Positions 10,009-20,021 of a stretch of 50,575 nucleotides of DNA are shown here, one piece after another. Where the stretch lies: assembly GCA_041690595.1 (NCBI GenBank), contig JAWLHB010000025.1, positions 62,001-112,575 of the forward strand, in the 5' to 3' direction. A model generated the notes under the pieces. It had not been told where the DNA came from. It was given only the letters and a program-made list of their open reading frames with translations, and made no database searches. This stretch comes from Lentisphaeria bacterium. GTDB lineage: Bacteria > Verrucomicrobiota > Lentisphaeria > JABSQK01 > JAWLHB01. Both the position numbers and the translations under genes were made by a program. How positions within the stretch are numbered: position 1 is the stretch's first letter; every line of letters begins with the position of its first letter.

Positions 10009-10135
10009 CTCGTCGCTACTTCGGCGCGACTTGCGCCGCCATTGGTACGTTGTCGGCGCGGCGTGTATATAGTGGCTCCAAGGGATCGGAAGCGCGAGTT
10101 TCACCAGACGAGCAGATACTGGAGGGGACGTTTGG

Positions 10136-10828
10136 ATGCGGAACACGGACGCACACGGACCGGCAGTGAAGGGGGATGATGGATTGATCCCGAAGCACGG
10201 CGGCTACCGGAATACCAAATCGTGGCAGCTGGCCGACCTGATCTATGACGTAACAGTACGTTTCTGCGACAGGTTCGTGGATCGGCGCAGTCGGACGCAT
10301 GACCAGATGGTGCAGGCGGCGCGTAGCGGCTGCCAGAACCTGCAGGAGGGAAGCATAGATTCGGCGACGTCGAAGAAGATTGAGCTGAAGCTGACCGGTA
10401 CGGCCAGGGGCAGCCTGGAAGAGCTGCGCCGAGATTACGAGAAGTTCCTCGCGCACCGGGAATTGCCCGAATGGCCGCCGGAACATCCGGCGCTGGAGCG
10501 TTTCAAGGCGCGCCACTGCGCCACGCTGAAAGACTTTCGAGCGTGGGTGGCAGAGGAATATGCCTGGTTCAAGGTTGCGCAAAGGGACACGGACGGGAAT
10601 GGACGTACACCGACACCGGAATGCCCCACGCCGCCGGTCGAGAATGCGTGCATGTCTTCTCACGACTTCGGCGCCACTTGCGCCGCCAATGGCGCGTTGT
10701 CGCTACTGAACTTATGCATTTACCTGGTCGGTCGCCAATTGGAAGCCCAGGCGAAAGCGTTTGAAGAGGAAGGCGGCTTTACGGAGCGGCTCCATCGAAT
10801 CCGCAAAGCCCGGAGGGGAAGAGCATGA
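10136..10828 (+). CDS. Four helix bundle protein with suffix domain (23S rRNA IVP/bAvd-like fold, TIGR04258-type)
   Basis: LIPKHGGYRNTKSWQLADLIYDVTVRFCDRFVDRRSRTHDQMVQAARSGCQNLQEGS...ARGSLEELRRDYE, and suffix ANGALSLLNLCIYLVGRQLEAQAKAFEEEGGFTERL. Confidence 0.9.
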   Translation: MRNTDAHGPAVKGDDGLIPKHGGYRNTKSWQLADLIYDVTVRFCDRFVDRRSRTHDQMVQAARSGCQNLQEGSIDSATSKKIELKLTGTARGSLEELRRDYEKFLAHRELPEWPPEHPALERFKARHCATLKDFRAWVAEEYAWFKVAQRDTDGNGRTPTPECPTPPVENACMSSHDFGATCAANGALSLLNLCIYLVGRQLEAQAKAFEEEGGFTERLHRIRKARRGRA

Positions 10829-10867
10829 GCCATGACCCGCGACTGAGCTGCAAGTGGGCGAGGGGGC

Positions 10868-12481
10868 TCAGACGGCGTGGGGCAGGGGGGCGAGGGGATC
10901 GCCGCTGAAGTCTGGACGGATGATGGAGCGTTCGCGGGCGGCGTAGATCAGGTAGTGCTCGCAGGCGATGTTGTCCATGATGGTGGGGTCGCCGAGCCAG
11001 GCGCGGTAGCGCTTCCATAGCTCGACTTCCTGATTGCCGAGGGGCGATTCCCCATCCTGGGTTTCGCCTTTTCGGCGGAAGGTGACGCGGGTCGAGCGGA
11101 CGGCGTGGCCGTGGCGCTGCAGGACGAGCTGACGGTCGAGAACTTCGAGGTCATACCGTTCGGGATTGTGGCCGAAGGGTGTGGTGGAGAAGAGGACAAA
11201 GGAGCTTGCGGTCATGGCCTGGAGGTAGGGATAGCAGCGGCTGAGGAAGCCGAAGGTGGCCTGCAGGTCTTCGCGGGTGGTGGTGGGGAGACCGTAGATC
11301 ATCATGGCGAGGTTGGAGATGCCGGCTTCGTGAGCGTCCCGCAATATGCGTTCCATTTCGGCCAGCTCCACGCCTTTGTTGACGAGATCGAGCAGGCGCT
11401 GCGAGCCGCTCTCCGTTCCCCAACTGATCCAGACGCAGCCGGCGGCAGCGGCCTTGAAGAGGAGTTCACGCGTATAGTCGGCAGTCATTCTGCCCATGAT
11501 GTGGAAGGCGCAGCGTACCTGGCGGCGCAGGAGTTCGGTGGCAAAGGCATCCAGCGCGGCGGCATCGACGTACTGATCGGCAAGGTAGAAGCAGGTGGCG
11601 CCATGGCGTTCCTGATAATGCTGGACCTGGTCGACGAGGACGGCGGCGTCGCGGACACGATACTTGCCGAAGGAGACGTTGTGCGCACAGAACCGGCAGC
11701 GTCGCCAGAGGCAGCCGCGCGAGCCGAGTATGGGGATAACCGGTTCGGGATTGAAGTAGCGGGTCGGGAGGAGATCCTCGAAGTCGGGTACGGGACAGAG
11801 ATCGAGGGCAACGGGCTGTCGTCGGCGCGGGGAGGGACGGATCGAGTCGTCGTCGCGATAGAGGCATCCCGGCATATCCGACCAGGCCGCGCCCCTGGCC
11901 CATTTGACGGCGGCGGGTTCGCCTTCGCCAAGCACCAGGGCATCCACGAAGTCGCACGTTCGCAGCAAGGCTTCGCCATCGATGGCGCCGAGCAAGGCGC
12001 CGCCAAGGAGCATGGAGGGTCCCCCGTGCCGGCGGAGATAAAGCGCCAGCGCCAGCCCGAAGTGGAGCTGTTCGGGATACATCAGCGAGAGGCCGATCCG
12101 CTCTGGGCGTGATTGCAGAAGTTGATCGGTTTGACGGCGCAGAAGGGCTTCGAGGGACTCGGGAAGTATGTCCTGCTCGACGTAGCGCCGCGCCTGAGCC
12201 GACAGGTGGTCGAAGCGCCGGGCCATGGCTGCCAGAGCGCTTGCCTGAGTTGGATAGCGGGTGGCATCGTGGAAGCCGGGCTGCTGGCCGCGGAGGATGG
12301 CCGCGGCGTCGCGCCACTCGGGTTGCTGGTCGGCCATCCAGTGCCATGCGTCGATGTTCAGATCGTGAAGGGCAAGCTCCGCCTGTGGCGCATGAGCGCG
12401 GATGACTGGGGCCAGTGAGGCGATGCCGAGCGGCATGTAGCTGGGGCTGGAGCGCGGAACGAAGGCGAGAGCAAGACGCAT
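10868..12481 (-). CDS. B12-binding domain radical SAM protein
   Basis: N-terminal MPLGIASL, GGA and LGEGE cobalamin-domain motifs; SRGCLWRRCRFC cluster motif; GTESGSQRLLDLVNKG. Confidence 0.88.
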   Translation of the reverse strand: MRLALAFVPRSSPSYMPLGIASLAPVIRAHAPQAELALHDLNIDAWHWMADQQPEWRDAAAILRGQQPGFHDATRYPTQASALAAMARRFDHLSAQARRYVEQDILPESLEALLRRQTDQLLQSRPERIGLSLMYPEQLHFGLALALYLRRHGGPSMLLGGALLGAIDGEALLRTCDFVDALVLGEGEPAAVKWARGAAWSDMPGCLYRDDDSIRPSPRRRQPVALDLCPVPDFEDLLPTRYFNPEPVIPILGSRGCLWRRCRFCAHNVSFGKYRVRDAAVLVDQVQHYQERHGATCFYLADQYVDAAALDAFATELLRRQVRCAFHIMGRMTADYTRELLFKAAAAGCVWISWGTESGSQRLLDLVNKGVELAEMERILRDAHEAGISNLAMMIYGLPTTTREDLQATFGFLSRCYPYLQAMTASSFVLFSTTPFGHNPERYDLEVLDRQLVLQRHGHAVRSTRVTFRRKGETQDGESPLGNQEVELWKRYRAWLGDPTIMDNIACEHYLIYAARERSIIRPDFSGDPLAPLPHAV

Positions 12482-12534
12482 GGTCTGGTGAGAGTCTCCG
12501 AGGAGTGGCTGGCCGAGATTGGAAGGCCCATACC

Positions 12535-15138
12535 TTACTCGCGCAGAACGATTTTTGCGAGCGACTCGTTCGGGTTAAATGGAGTGGCCCAGTAGTGCCA
12601 GGTATGCCAGATACGTGGAGCGATGTCGCGGGCACAACCGATGTTGAGCTGCAAGGCAGTGCCTGCTTCCGGCGGCTTGCTCCAACCGAGGTCTCGCCAG
12701 TCAAGGCGTACGATCTGCTGCCAGCGTCCTTCGTGATGGCGTGAAGCGATCTGGAGTTTTGGCGTCCAGTTGATGTCGAATTGGGGTGCGACGACGGCGT
12801 CCCAAGTGACGCGATTGGCGTTGCTCTGCAGGTAATAGAGGCGGTTGTCGCCGCCTTGGATGAGGAGGGTCATGAGGGTGTCCCCGAGGAAGGCGCTGTC
12901 GGGGGTGTGGGTTTCGGCGCGGAGTTGGCTGGCGTGGATCTCGGTTTCCATGTACCAGGTGAGCGCTTCCTTGTTCCAGGAGAACCAGCCGGTGCTGGTG
13001 TCGGCGGCGTAGGAGTGGCTGCCGCGGTTGAGGAAGTGCCGCAGCGCGGGCAGTGTGGCCGTCGGAGCCCAGCGGGCATCGAAATCGGCATCGGAGGGGG
13101 CGGTGGGCAGGTACTGGGCGGCGGCGGCGCGGTGATCATCCGGATGTACGAGGTTCCCGCCTTCGATGAGCAGCTGGGCGACCCCGGTATGCGCCAGCTG
13201 GATGCCATCGGCCATGACCCTGGCCGTGACCGTGACGGGCTCGTCGACGGTCATGCTCTGGGGAGCGGCCAAGTGCACAAAGCGAGCCGTGGAGGCGGGA
13301 TCGTCGAGATGAGAGAGGGTCAGCGGCTTCGCCTCCATCGCGATGCGCCACTGGTCCGGTGGGGTCGTATACAGTTCAGGGGGAAAGAGAGGCTCGACGG
13401 CAACGCGGGCTGTGGCATGGTCGACCCACTGCCAGTCAATGGCGGTGGCAGGCTGCAGCCTGAAGCGAATGACCCGCTCGGTTTTATGGTTCTCGCCCAG
13501 CCAGCTCCAGGCGAGGCGGAAGGTGAGGAGGTGATCGCGGCCGGCCGGCCACTCCGTGCCGGCAGGGAGATGGACGATCAGGCGATAGCGGCGGCGGCGT
13601 GGCGGCAGGTCGTCGGTTGGCTCCGTAGGCAGGTGCGAATCGTCGACAGGTTCGAAGGTGATGATGTCGTTGAGGGCGGCACCAGTGATGGCGAGGAGGG
13701 AGTCGTGCCAGGAATGGGGGGCGAGGGTTGCCCGGCTCTCCGGATCGGCTTCCAGGATCAGTTCAAGTGGGAGACGGACTCCAGCGGCCGCCGCGTGCAC
13801 CAGGCCGGCGGCGTTGAGCTCTCCGGGAAGGGCATGGGCACTTTCCACATGGAGGGAGAGCCCCGCGGCCTGAAAGGGAGATTCCGTGTCTTCGTCACGC
13901 ACATAATCTGCCGGTGCGGCGGCGCTGCTGACGGGGTGCAGGGGGCGCCCCGCCCAATCATGGAGCCAGCTTTCGCCGACAGAAAGCGCTTGAGCATTCG
14001 CGGTTGCCGACGCGGAGATCAGCATGATGCTCTGGAGGTTGGCGAGCGGCAGGTTGAGCAGGCCATCCGCGGGGAGAACCAGGGCGCGACCCTCGCCCGG
14101 ACGACGGATAGCCCACAGGCGCGTGCCGACTAGTTCGGGGGGGAGCTGAATGCGCAGGTCAATGGGAGTGGGGAGATGCTCCAGCGGGGTGATCAGGATG
14201 GCATGGCGTCCGTCGGGCAGTTGCCACATGGCTGCCGCCACGCCGGCTTCGTAAATCGGGAGGGTACGATGGCCCAGCCGGAGGAAGGGATCGAGGGGGC
14301 CGGCCAGATCGTCATTGATGGCGCGGATCTCCCGCCAGAAGTCGGGGTGCTCCGTCCAGACTGCGTCGTTCCAATCGAAGTAGCTGATGCCCGCGGCACC
14401 TGCGATCAGGGCCTGCCACGTCATCTGGCGGATCTGGTCTGCGTCGGGGAAGGGGCCGCCGGGCCATGACCATGCCTGGAGGACGCAGAGAAGCGGTGTC
14501 GCCGGCCCGCCGACCTGGCGGGCAGTGGTCATCAACTCCGTGACATGGTCAAGTGGTTTGTTGCTGATGAGGGGATACGGGTCGACCCGCAGGAGGTCGA
14601 GGAAGTAGGCGTACTCCGGCCAGTAGTCGCTGGCGCGTCCCCAGCCGGCAAGGGTAGTGGAGAATCGAGCCTTTGGATCGTGTTCGCGGATGAGGTCGGC
14701 GGCGCGCTTGAGAACATCGGGTCCGGAGCGGTGGACACGCAGATCTGGCTCATCGGCCAGATTGTAGGTGATGAGGCGCGGTTGGTCACGGAAACGGGCC
14801 GCGGTGTCGATCGCGTCAGCGGCGGGGAAATGTCCCTCAAACCAGTTGGCTTCGGTAACCCAGAAGTCGAGTGCGTTGGCAGCGTCGAAGACCCATTCGC
14901 CGCGTTCGATGACGGCATTGAAGCCCATATCGGCGGCGACAAGGAAGTCTTCGTGGCGAGTCAGCGTGTAGAGTTCCCGCAGGAAGAGCGGCTCTCCCGT
15001 GCGGCTGAGGATGGGCGTGACCGGCCTCCAGTCGGGTTTGCGCCAGTCGATATGAACGACGGGGCTGGGATCGGCCAGGGGGACGGCAGGCATGCTCAGG
15101 GCGAGCAGGAAGAGGAAGATCGACAGGAGGTATTTCAT
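12535..15138 (-). CDS. Secreted 867-aa protein with a glycoside-hydrolase-like N-terminal barrel and a possible sugar-binding C-terminal domain
   Basis: Signal peptide MKYLLSIFLFLLALSMPA; MGFNAV, YNLADEPD, RVDPYP and ALIAGAAGISYF motifs resemble clan GH-A barrels; stop/start overlap with menE. Confidence 0.65.
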   Translation of the reverse strand: MKYLLSIFLFLLALSMPAVPLADPSPVVHIDWRKPDWRPVTPILSRTGEPLFLRELYTLTRHEDFLVAADMGFNAVIERGEWVFDAANALDFWVTEANWFEGHFPAADAIDTAARFRDQPRLITYNLADEPDLRVHRSGPDVLKRAADLIREHDPKARFSTTLAGWGRASDYWPEYAYFLDLLRVDPYPLISNKPLDHVTELMTTARQVGGPATPLLCVLQAWSWPGGPFPDADQIRQMTWQALIAGAAGISYFDWNDAVWTEHPDFWREIRAINDDLAGPLDPFLRLGHRTLPIYEAGVAAAMWQLPDGRHAILITPLEHLPTPIDLRIQLPPELVGTRLWAIRRPGEGRALVLPADGLLNLPLANLQSIMLISASATANAQALSVGESWLHDWAGRPLHPVSSAAAPADYVRDEDTESPFQAAGLSLHVESAHALPGELNAAGLVHAAAAGVRLPLELILEADPESRATLAPHSWHDSLLAITGAALNDIITFEPVDDSHLPTEPTDDLPPRRRRYRLIVHLPAGTEWPAGRDHLLTFRLAWSWLGENHKTERVIRFRLQPATAIDWQWVDHATARVAVEPLFPPELYTTPPDQWRIAMEAKPLTLSHLDDPASTARFVHLAAPQSMTVDEPVTVTARVMADGIQLAHTGVAQLLIEGGNLVHPDDHRAAAAQYLPTAPSDADFDARWAPTATLPALRHFLNRGSHSYAADTSTGWFSWNKEALTWYMETEIHASQLRAETHTPDSAFLGDTLMTLLIQGGDNRLYYLQSNANRVTWDAVVAPQFDINWTPKLQIASRHHEGRWQQIVRLDWRDLGWSKPPEAGTALQLNIGCARDIAPRIWHTWHYWATPFNPNESLAKIVLRE

Positions 15139-16520
15139 GGTGGTGGACGCTCGTTTGCCAGGCGCCGCAAGAGCTGGCGATCCGGCTTCATGCCTTGTTC
15201 GCTCGGCTCCGCCGGCAACTCCTGCATGCGGACCGGCACCTTGAAGCGAGGCAGCCGATTCTCGAGAAAGCGCCTGATGACCTCCTCGCGAAGGGGGGCA
15301 TCGCCGTGCATGCGCAGAAAGGCGAAGGGGCGATAGCCGAATTCCGCGTCCGCGAGGGGCACCACGATGGCTTCCGCCACCTCGGGCGCATCCAGCAGGT
15401 GGCGTTCGATTTCTTCGGGTTGAATGTTCTCGCCGCCGGAGATGAACATGAGATCGCGCCTGCCGGTCACGGTGAGGATGTCATTTTGAAGGGAGCCGCT
15501 GTCGCCTGTGTGGTACCAACCCTCTGCATCTCGGGCCGGATCAATGGTCTGCTGGTCGAGATAGCCGTCGAAGAGAACAGGGCCGCGAACGAGGATTTCG
15601 CCGTCGCGGTCAATCCGCAACTCACGATAGGGCAGGAGTCGCATTTCTTCTGGCGGACCGTCAAGCCGAGCCGTGCAGATCTGCGAGGCGCTCTCCGTGG
15701 CGCCATAGCTTGCCACGACCGGCAGGCCGGCAAAGCGAGCCCTATGGAGCAGCTCCCCGGTGAGGGGGCCGCCGCCTGCCAATACCAGCTTCAGGCTGTG
15801 GATCTTTGCCGCCAGGTGGACGTCATCGAGCATTCGCTGCAACTGGGTGGCGACCACCGAGAGGTGGGTGACGCGATGGGCCAGAACCTGATCACCAAGG
15901 CTGTTGCGGGGCTTGTCCAGGACGATCGTCGCACCAGCCAGAAGAGAGCGAAAGAGGATGGCGAGTCCGCCGACATGATAGAGGGGCAGGGAGAGCAGCC
16001 AGCTATCCCCCTGCTCAAGAGGCAGCACCTCGTTGGAGCCGGCGGCATTGTGCAGATGATTACCAATGGTCAACTGGGCCACTTTCGGCACGCCAGTGGA
16101 GCCGGAGGTGAAGAGCAGGGTGAAGGGCTGGTCGGCGGCCACCTGTTCGTGCAGTGGCAGGGAGGGCGCTTCCGCGACGGACATACCGGGTGGATTGAGC
16201 AGCTTGGTGCCGCCGATTCGGTGCATGGCTTCGTCAATTGCGGCCCGTGGCAGGCGATCACTGAGCGGACAGGCTACGGCCCGTAGTTCGAGGAGACTGA
16301 GCAGGTTCACCAGATAGGCGTAGGTTGGCGGTCCGAGGAGGCCGATGCGATCGCCGATGCCGATGCCGCGGTTGCGCAGGACAAGGGTAGTACGCTCCAC
16401 ATCTTCCGCCAACTCCCGGTACGTCATGTGCCCTCGGTGGAGGTGCACCGCGATGGCATCTGGATACCGTCGCGCAGCCACGTAGAGCGGATTGGGAAGG
16501 AGGGGAGAATCCGGAGTCAT
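15135..16520 (-). CDS. menE: o-succinylbenzoate--CoA ligase
   Basis: FTSGSTGVPK, SLPLYHVGG, SYGATESASQI, GRRDLMFISGGENIQPEEIE; coupled to menA. Confidence 0.9.
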   Translation of the reverse strand: MTPDSPLLPNPLYVAARRYPDAIAVHLHRGHMTYRELAEDVERTTLVLRNRGIGIGDRIGLLGPPTYAYLVNLLSLLELRAVACPLSDRLPRAAIDEAMHRIGGTKLLNPPGMSVAEAPSLPLHEQVAADQPFTLLFTSGSTGVPKVAQLTIGNHLHNAAGSNEVLPLEQGDSWLLSLPLYHVGGLAILFRSLLAGATIVLDKPRNSLGDQVLAHRVTHLSVVATQLQRMLDDVHLAAKIHSLKLVLAGGGPLTGELLHRARFAGLPVVASYGATESASQICTARLDGPPEEMRLLPYRELRIDRDGEILVRGPVLFDGYLDQQTIDPARDAEGWYHTGDSGSLQNDILTVTGRRDLMFISGGENIQPEEIERHLLDAPEVAEAIVVPLADAEFGYRPFAFLRMHGDAPLREEVIRRFLENRLPRFKVPVRMQELPAEPSEQGMKPDRQLLRRLANERPPP

Positions 16521-17425
16521 GAGATCAGCGCCCCCAACGAGAAGAGGAGGGCGAAGAGCAACTCCATGGCGCCGGTGATGGCCAGGCAGCGGTTGAGCGT
16601 GGGGCCATCCGTGCGGGTCAAGGTCAGGCGAATGCAGAGGAGTGCCGGCAGGATGACGAGGAGACTGAGCAGGATCCAGGGGCTCCTGGAGTCGCGCATG
16701 ACCATGACAATGGGCACGAGCAGGGCGCCCGCCAGGCAGAGAACGTATTCCGTCCGCGCAAAATTGCGCCCGAAGCGCACGGCGAGGGTTCGTTTACCAC
16801 CAGCGGCATCCTGCTCGATGTCCCGGAGGTTGTTGACGGTCAGCAACGCGACGGAGAAGAAGCCCGGGGCCAGTCCGGCGATCCAGATAGTGGCATCCGC
16901 GTTCAGGGTCTGCAGATAGTAGGTGGCGACCAGAGCTACCGGCCCGAAGAAGACAAAGGCAAAGAGGTCACCCAGCCCGATGTAACCCAGTGGGGCGGGG
17001 CCGCCGGTATAAAGGATGCCGCAGGCAATGCAGACGAGTCCCAGGCCGGCGATCCACCAGCCGCCTCGCCAGGCAAGCCAGATGGCGCACAATTCGGTTA
17101 TGGTGAAGGCGATCGTGAAGGCCAGGCGCATCTGCCGCGGGGTAACCAGTCCCGCCTGCGTTGCCCGGGTGGGCCCGATGCGAGCCGCTGTGTCGGTGCC
17201 CTTGACGTGGTCGAAGTAGTCGTTGGCGTAGTTGGCGCCGACCTGGACACTGATGCCGGTGAGGAGGCAGACCAGCGCCGTCGGCAGGAGAAAGGCGCCG
17301 TCTCGCCAAGCCAGGGCGCTGCCCATCAGCACGGGGGCAACGCCCGCCCACAGTGTCTTGGGGCGTGCCGCCAGCAGCCATACCTGCCAGGCTGGGGGGC
17401 GCGCATGAGTTGCGGATCTGCTCAA
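16517..17425 (-). CDS. menA: 1,4-dihydroxy-2-naphthoate polyprenyltransferase
   Basis: WLLAARPKTL, NYANDYFDHVKGTD, NNLRDIEQD...KRTLAVRFG. Confidence 0.95.
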   Translation of the reverse strand: MSRSATHARPPAWQVWLLAARPKTLWAGVAPVLMGSALAWRDGAFLLPTALVCLLTGISVQVGANYANDYFDHVKGTDTAARIGPTRATQAGLVTPRQMRLAFTIAFTITELCAIWLAWRGGWWIAGLGLVCIACGILYTGGPAPLGYIGLGDLFAFVFFGPVALVATYYLQTLNADATIWIAGLAPGFFSVALLTVNNLRDIEQDAAGGKRTLAVRFGRNFARTEYVLCLAGALLVPIVMVMRDSRSPWILLSLLVILPALLCIRLTLTRTDGPTLNRCLAITGAMELLFALLFSLGALIS

Positions 17426-17530
17426 GGGACTGCTCGCTTTCTCGTCGGGTGTTTCAGGGAAAGACTATAGTGCGGCTGATTCACCTCGAAATCAAGCGTA
17501 TGGCGTCCCTTTGAGGAGAGTCTTGCCAGG

Positions 17531-18886
17531 TCAGAGGCATTCCCCGTTGGTGGCGATGACCTGCTTGTACCACCAGGCGGAATCCTTGGGGATGCGCTGC
17601 TGCGTTTCGTAGTCGACATAGACGAGGCCAAAGCGTTTGGAGTAGCCGAAGCCCCACTCGAAGTTGTCCATGATCGACCAAGCGAAATAGCCGAGCAGAG
17701 GGGTGCCGTCTTCGCCGGCGCGGCGGTACTCGCGCAGGTATCGCTGATAGAAGTCGATGCGCTGCGGATCGTGGACCTTGCCGTCGAGGGCGACCCAATC
17801 GGTATTGGCGAGGCCGTTTTCGGTGACGACGATGGGCAACTTGTAGCGCTCGTGGAGGAATCGTGGACCCCAGTAGAGGGCTTCGGGCGTGAGGTGCCAG
17901 TTCATCATGGTCAGGGCCGGCCCGGTGGGGTAGGGAACAGGCTCCGCGCTGCCATCCGCCGCGGCGGTGACGGGGCGGCCGTGATAGATGTTGGCGCCAT
18001 AGAAGTCGAGCGGCTGACAGATGGTGGCCATGTCTCCATTCTGGACTTGGGGCATCATGCCCTCGAATACCTCATGGGCGTCATCGGGGTAGGCGCCCAG
18101 GATCATGGGATCGGCAAAGAGGGTGTTGTTCCAGACATCCTGGCTGGTGATAGCGAAGGTGCGGCGGCGAGCGGCGTCGACATCGGCCTGGCTGTCGGTG
18201 GCCGGGGTGAAGATGACGCCGACGGGGGCAGCGCCAATCCGGGGATCGGGGTGAATGGAGCCGCCGCGTATCGCCTGGACCGCGAGTCCATGCGCAAGCA
18301 GAGAATGGTGATTGGCGAGAAGGACTTCCTGCATGCCCAGCTTGTCGCCGGGAGCATGGACGCCGTCGCGGAGGCCGAGGCCAAGGTAGCACTGTGGTTC
18401 GTTCTGGGTCATCCAGTGCTGAACGCGGTCAGAGAGGCGCTCGACGACGATGCGGGCGTAGTCACCGAACCATTCGGCGCTGTCGCGGTTGAGCCATCCG
18501 CCCCGGGTGTAGAGGTCGTACGGGAAGTCCCAGTGAAAGAGGGTCACCCATGGCTGGACGCCGTTGGCGAGGAGGGCATCGACCAGCCGATCATAGAAGT
18601 CGAGGCCGAGAGGGTTGACCTTGCCGACGCCTTCGGGCAGAATGCGCGGCCACGAGAGGGAGAGGCGATAGGCACGCAGGCCCAACTCGCCCATCATCCT
18701 GGCATCGTCTTCATAGCGGTGATAGTGATCGCAGGCGACGTTACCGGTGTCACCTTCCCAGATGCGGCCGGGCTGGCGGCACATCATGTCCCATACGGAG
18801 AGACCCTTGCCATCCTCGAAGGCGGCACCTTCGATCTGGTAACTGGCGGCAGCCGCACCCCAGATAAAATCCTTTGGAAAAGCCAT
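17531..18886 (-). CDS. bglA: GH1 beta-glucosidase
   Basis: FPKDFIWGAAAASYQIEG, catalytic NEP and TENG motifs, WSIMDNFEW. Confidence 0.95.
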   Translation of the reverse strand: MAFPKDFIWGAAAASYQIEGAAFEDGKGLSVWDMMCRQPGRIWEGDTGNVACDHYHRYEDDARMMGELGLRAYRLSLSWPRILPEGVGKVNPLGLDFYDRLVDALLANGVQPWVTLFHWDFPYDLYTRGGWLNRDSAEWFGDYARIVVERLSDRVQHWMTQNEPQCYLGLGLRDGVHAPGDKLGMQEVLLANHHSLLAHGLAVQAIRGGSIHPDPRIGAAPVGVIFTPATDSQADVDAARRRTFAITSQDVWNNTLFADPMILGAYPDDAHEVFEGMMPQVQNGDMATICQPLDFYGANIYHGRPVTAAADGSAEPVPYPTGPALTMMNWHLTPEALYWGPRFLHERYKLPIVVTENGLANTDWVALDGKVHDPQRIDFYQRYLREYRRAGEDGTPLLGYFAWSIMDNFEWGFGYSKRFGLVYVDYETQQRIPKDSAWWYKQVIATNGECL

Positions 18887-18893
18887 GGCTCGA

Positions 18894-20021
18894 TTATCCT
18901 GTCGTTGAGTCGTTTTTTACCAGTGGATGGCATTCGGCGTCGGCGCGATAGTCATCCGGGGGATGGCGGAGGTTCTGAAGGCGGGTGGCCTCGCCCTGCT
19001 GGTGGTACGTTGCCAGCACCAGCTCGACGGCGCGGCATCCCTCGGCGAGGGAGCATGGCGGCGGCACACCCTCCGTCACGGCGCGGCAAAAGGCCTCGGC
19101 CTGGCGGTAATAGATGTCGAAGAAGCCTTTGTAGACGGAGGTGGGCGAGGGCAGTTCCGGAATCGGCAGCCGCTCGCGGGTCACATCCGGCACGAAGATC
19201 TTCTGGCCGTGGTCGATGATCAGTTCAGCTTCGTTGCATGCTCGCGTATAGGGGTAGACGGTGAACTCGATGCGGCCGTATTCGCCGAGTACGCGCCCGA
19301 TGAGCAGGCCCTGGCGCCGGGTGCGATGATTGGCGCTGACCAGCAGCCGGGCTATGGCGCCGTTGTCGTACTGATACAGGGCATTGGTGCAGTCTTCCGT
19401 GATGCGCTCCGGGTCGATCCGCAGCGTGTGGCCGGAGACATGGACAATTTCATGCGGTTGCATCAGGAAGGCAGCCAGGTCGGCCGCATGGCAGCCGAGT
19501 TCCATGAAGAAGCCACCCAGGCGGTAACTCTCCCAGCAGCGGCCGGTATGGCCAGTGATACGAAAGCACCACTCCAGATCAAGCTGATAGACTTGCCCCA
19601 GCCGAGGCATGGCTTCGCGAACCGCGAGGATGACGGGATGCAGCCGCATCTGGTGACCCGTCATGAAGACGACTCCGGCGGCCTTCACCGCGGCTTGTGT
19701 GTCGAGCAGCTCGGCCCGCGTCAGCGCGATGGGCTTCTCGCAGAAGATGTGCTTACCTGCCGCGGCGGCGGCCAGGATCTGCTCATGGTGATGCGCCTGG
19801 GGCGTGGCGATGCAGACGGCCTGCACCTCGTCCAGTGCCAGCATGGCCGCGAAGTCGTCGGTCACGGTTCCGCCATGGCGTTTGGCGAGGGCCTCGGCCT
19901 TGCCGCGGGTACGATTGGTGTAAGCGACTGGCGCAAGTCCTTTTGTCGCGGCAAAACAGTCTGCGTGAATGCCCCCCATCAAGCCGCAACCGACGATGCC
20001 GATGCCGATATCGTGGCTCAT
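18894..20021 (-). CDS. Gfo/Idh/MocA family oxidoreductase
   Basis: IGIVGCGLMG, HIFCEKP, GGFFMELGCH. Confidence 0.9.
   Translation of the reverse strand: MSHDIGIGIVGCGLMGGIHADCFAATKGLAPVAYTNRTRGKAEALAKRHGGTVTDDFAAMLALDEVQAVCIATPQAHHHEQILAAAAAGKHIFCEKPIALTRAELLDTQAAVKAAGVVFMTGHQMRLHPVILAVREAMPRLGQVYQLDLEWCFRITGHTGRCWESYRLGGFFMELGCHAADLAAFLMQPHEIVHVSGHTLRIDPERITEDCTNALYQYDNGAIARLLVSANHRTRRQGLLIGRVLGEYGRIEFTVYPYTRACNEAELIIDHGQKIFVPDVTRERLPIPELPSPTSVYKGFFDIYYRQAEAFCRAVTEGVPPPCSLAEGCRAVELVLATYHQQGEATRLQNLRHPPDDYRADAECHPLVKNDSTTG

Noticed and set aside
7833..10843. Diversity-generating retroelement (Avd-like gene plus TR/VR-like repeat pair)
   Set aside because: The roughly 20 mismatches are not confined to adenines (many are C/T and synonymous), and no reverse transcriptase is visible in the window.
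8289..10875. GCTCAGACGG at 8289 and 10866 as a target-site duplication
   Set aside because: Only 10 bp, and it does not coincide with the mapped repeat boundaries; could be chance.
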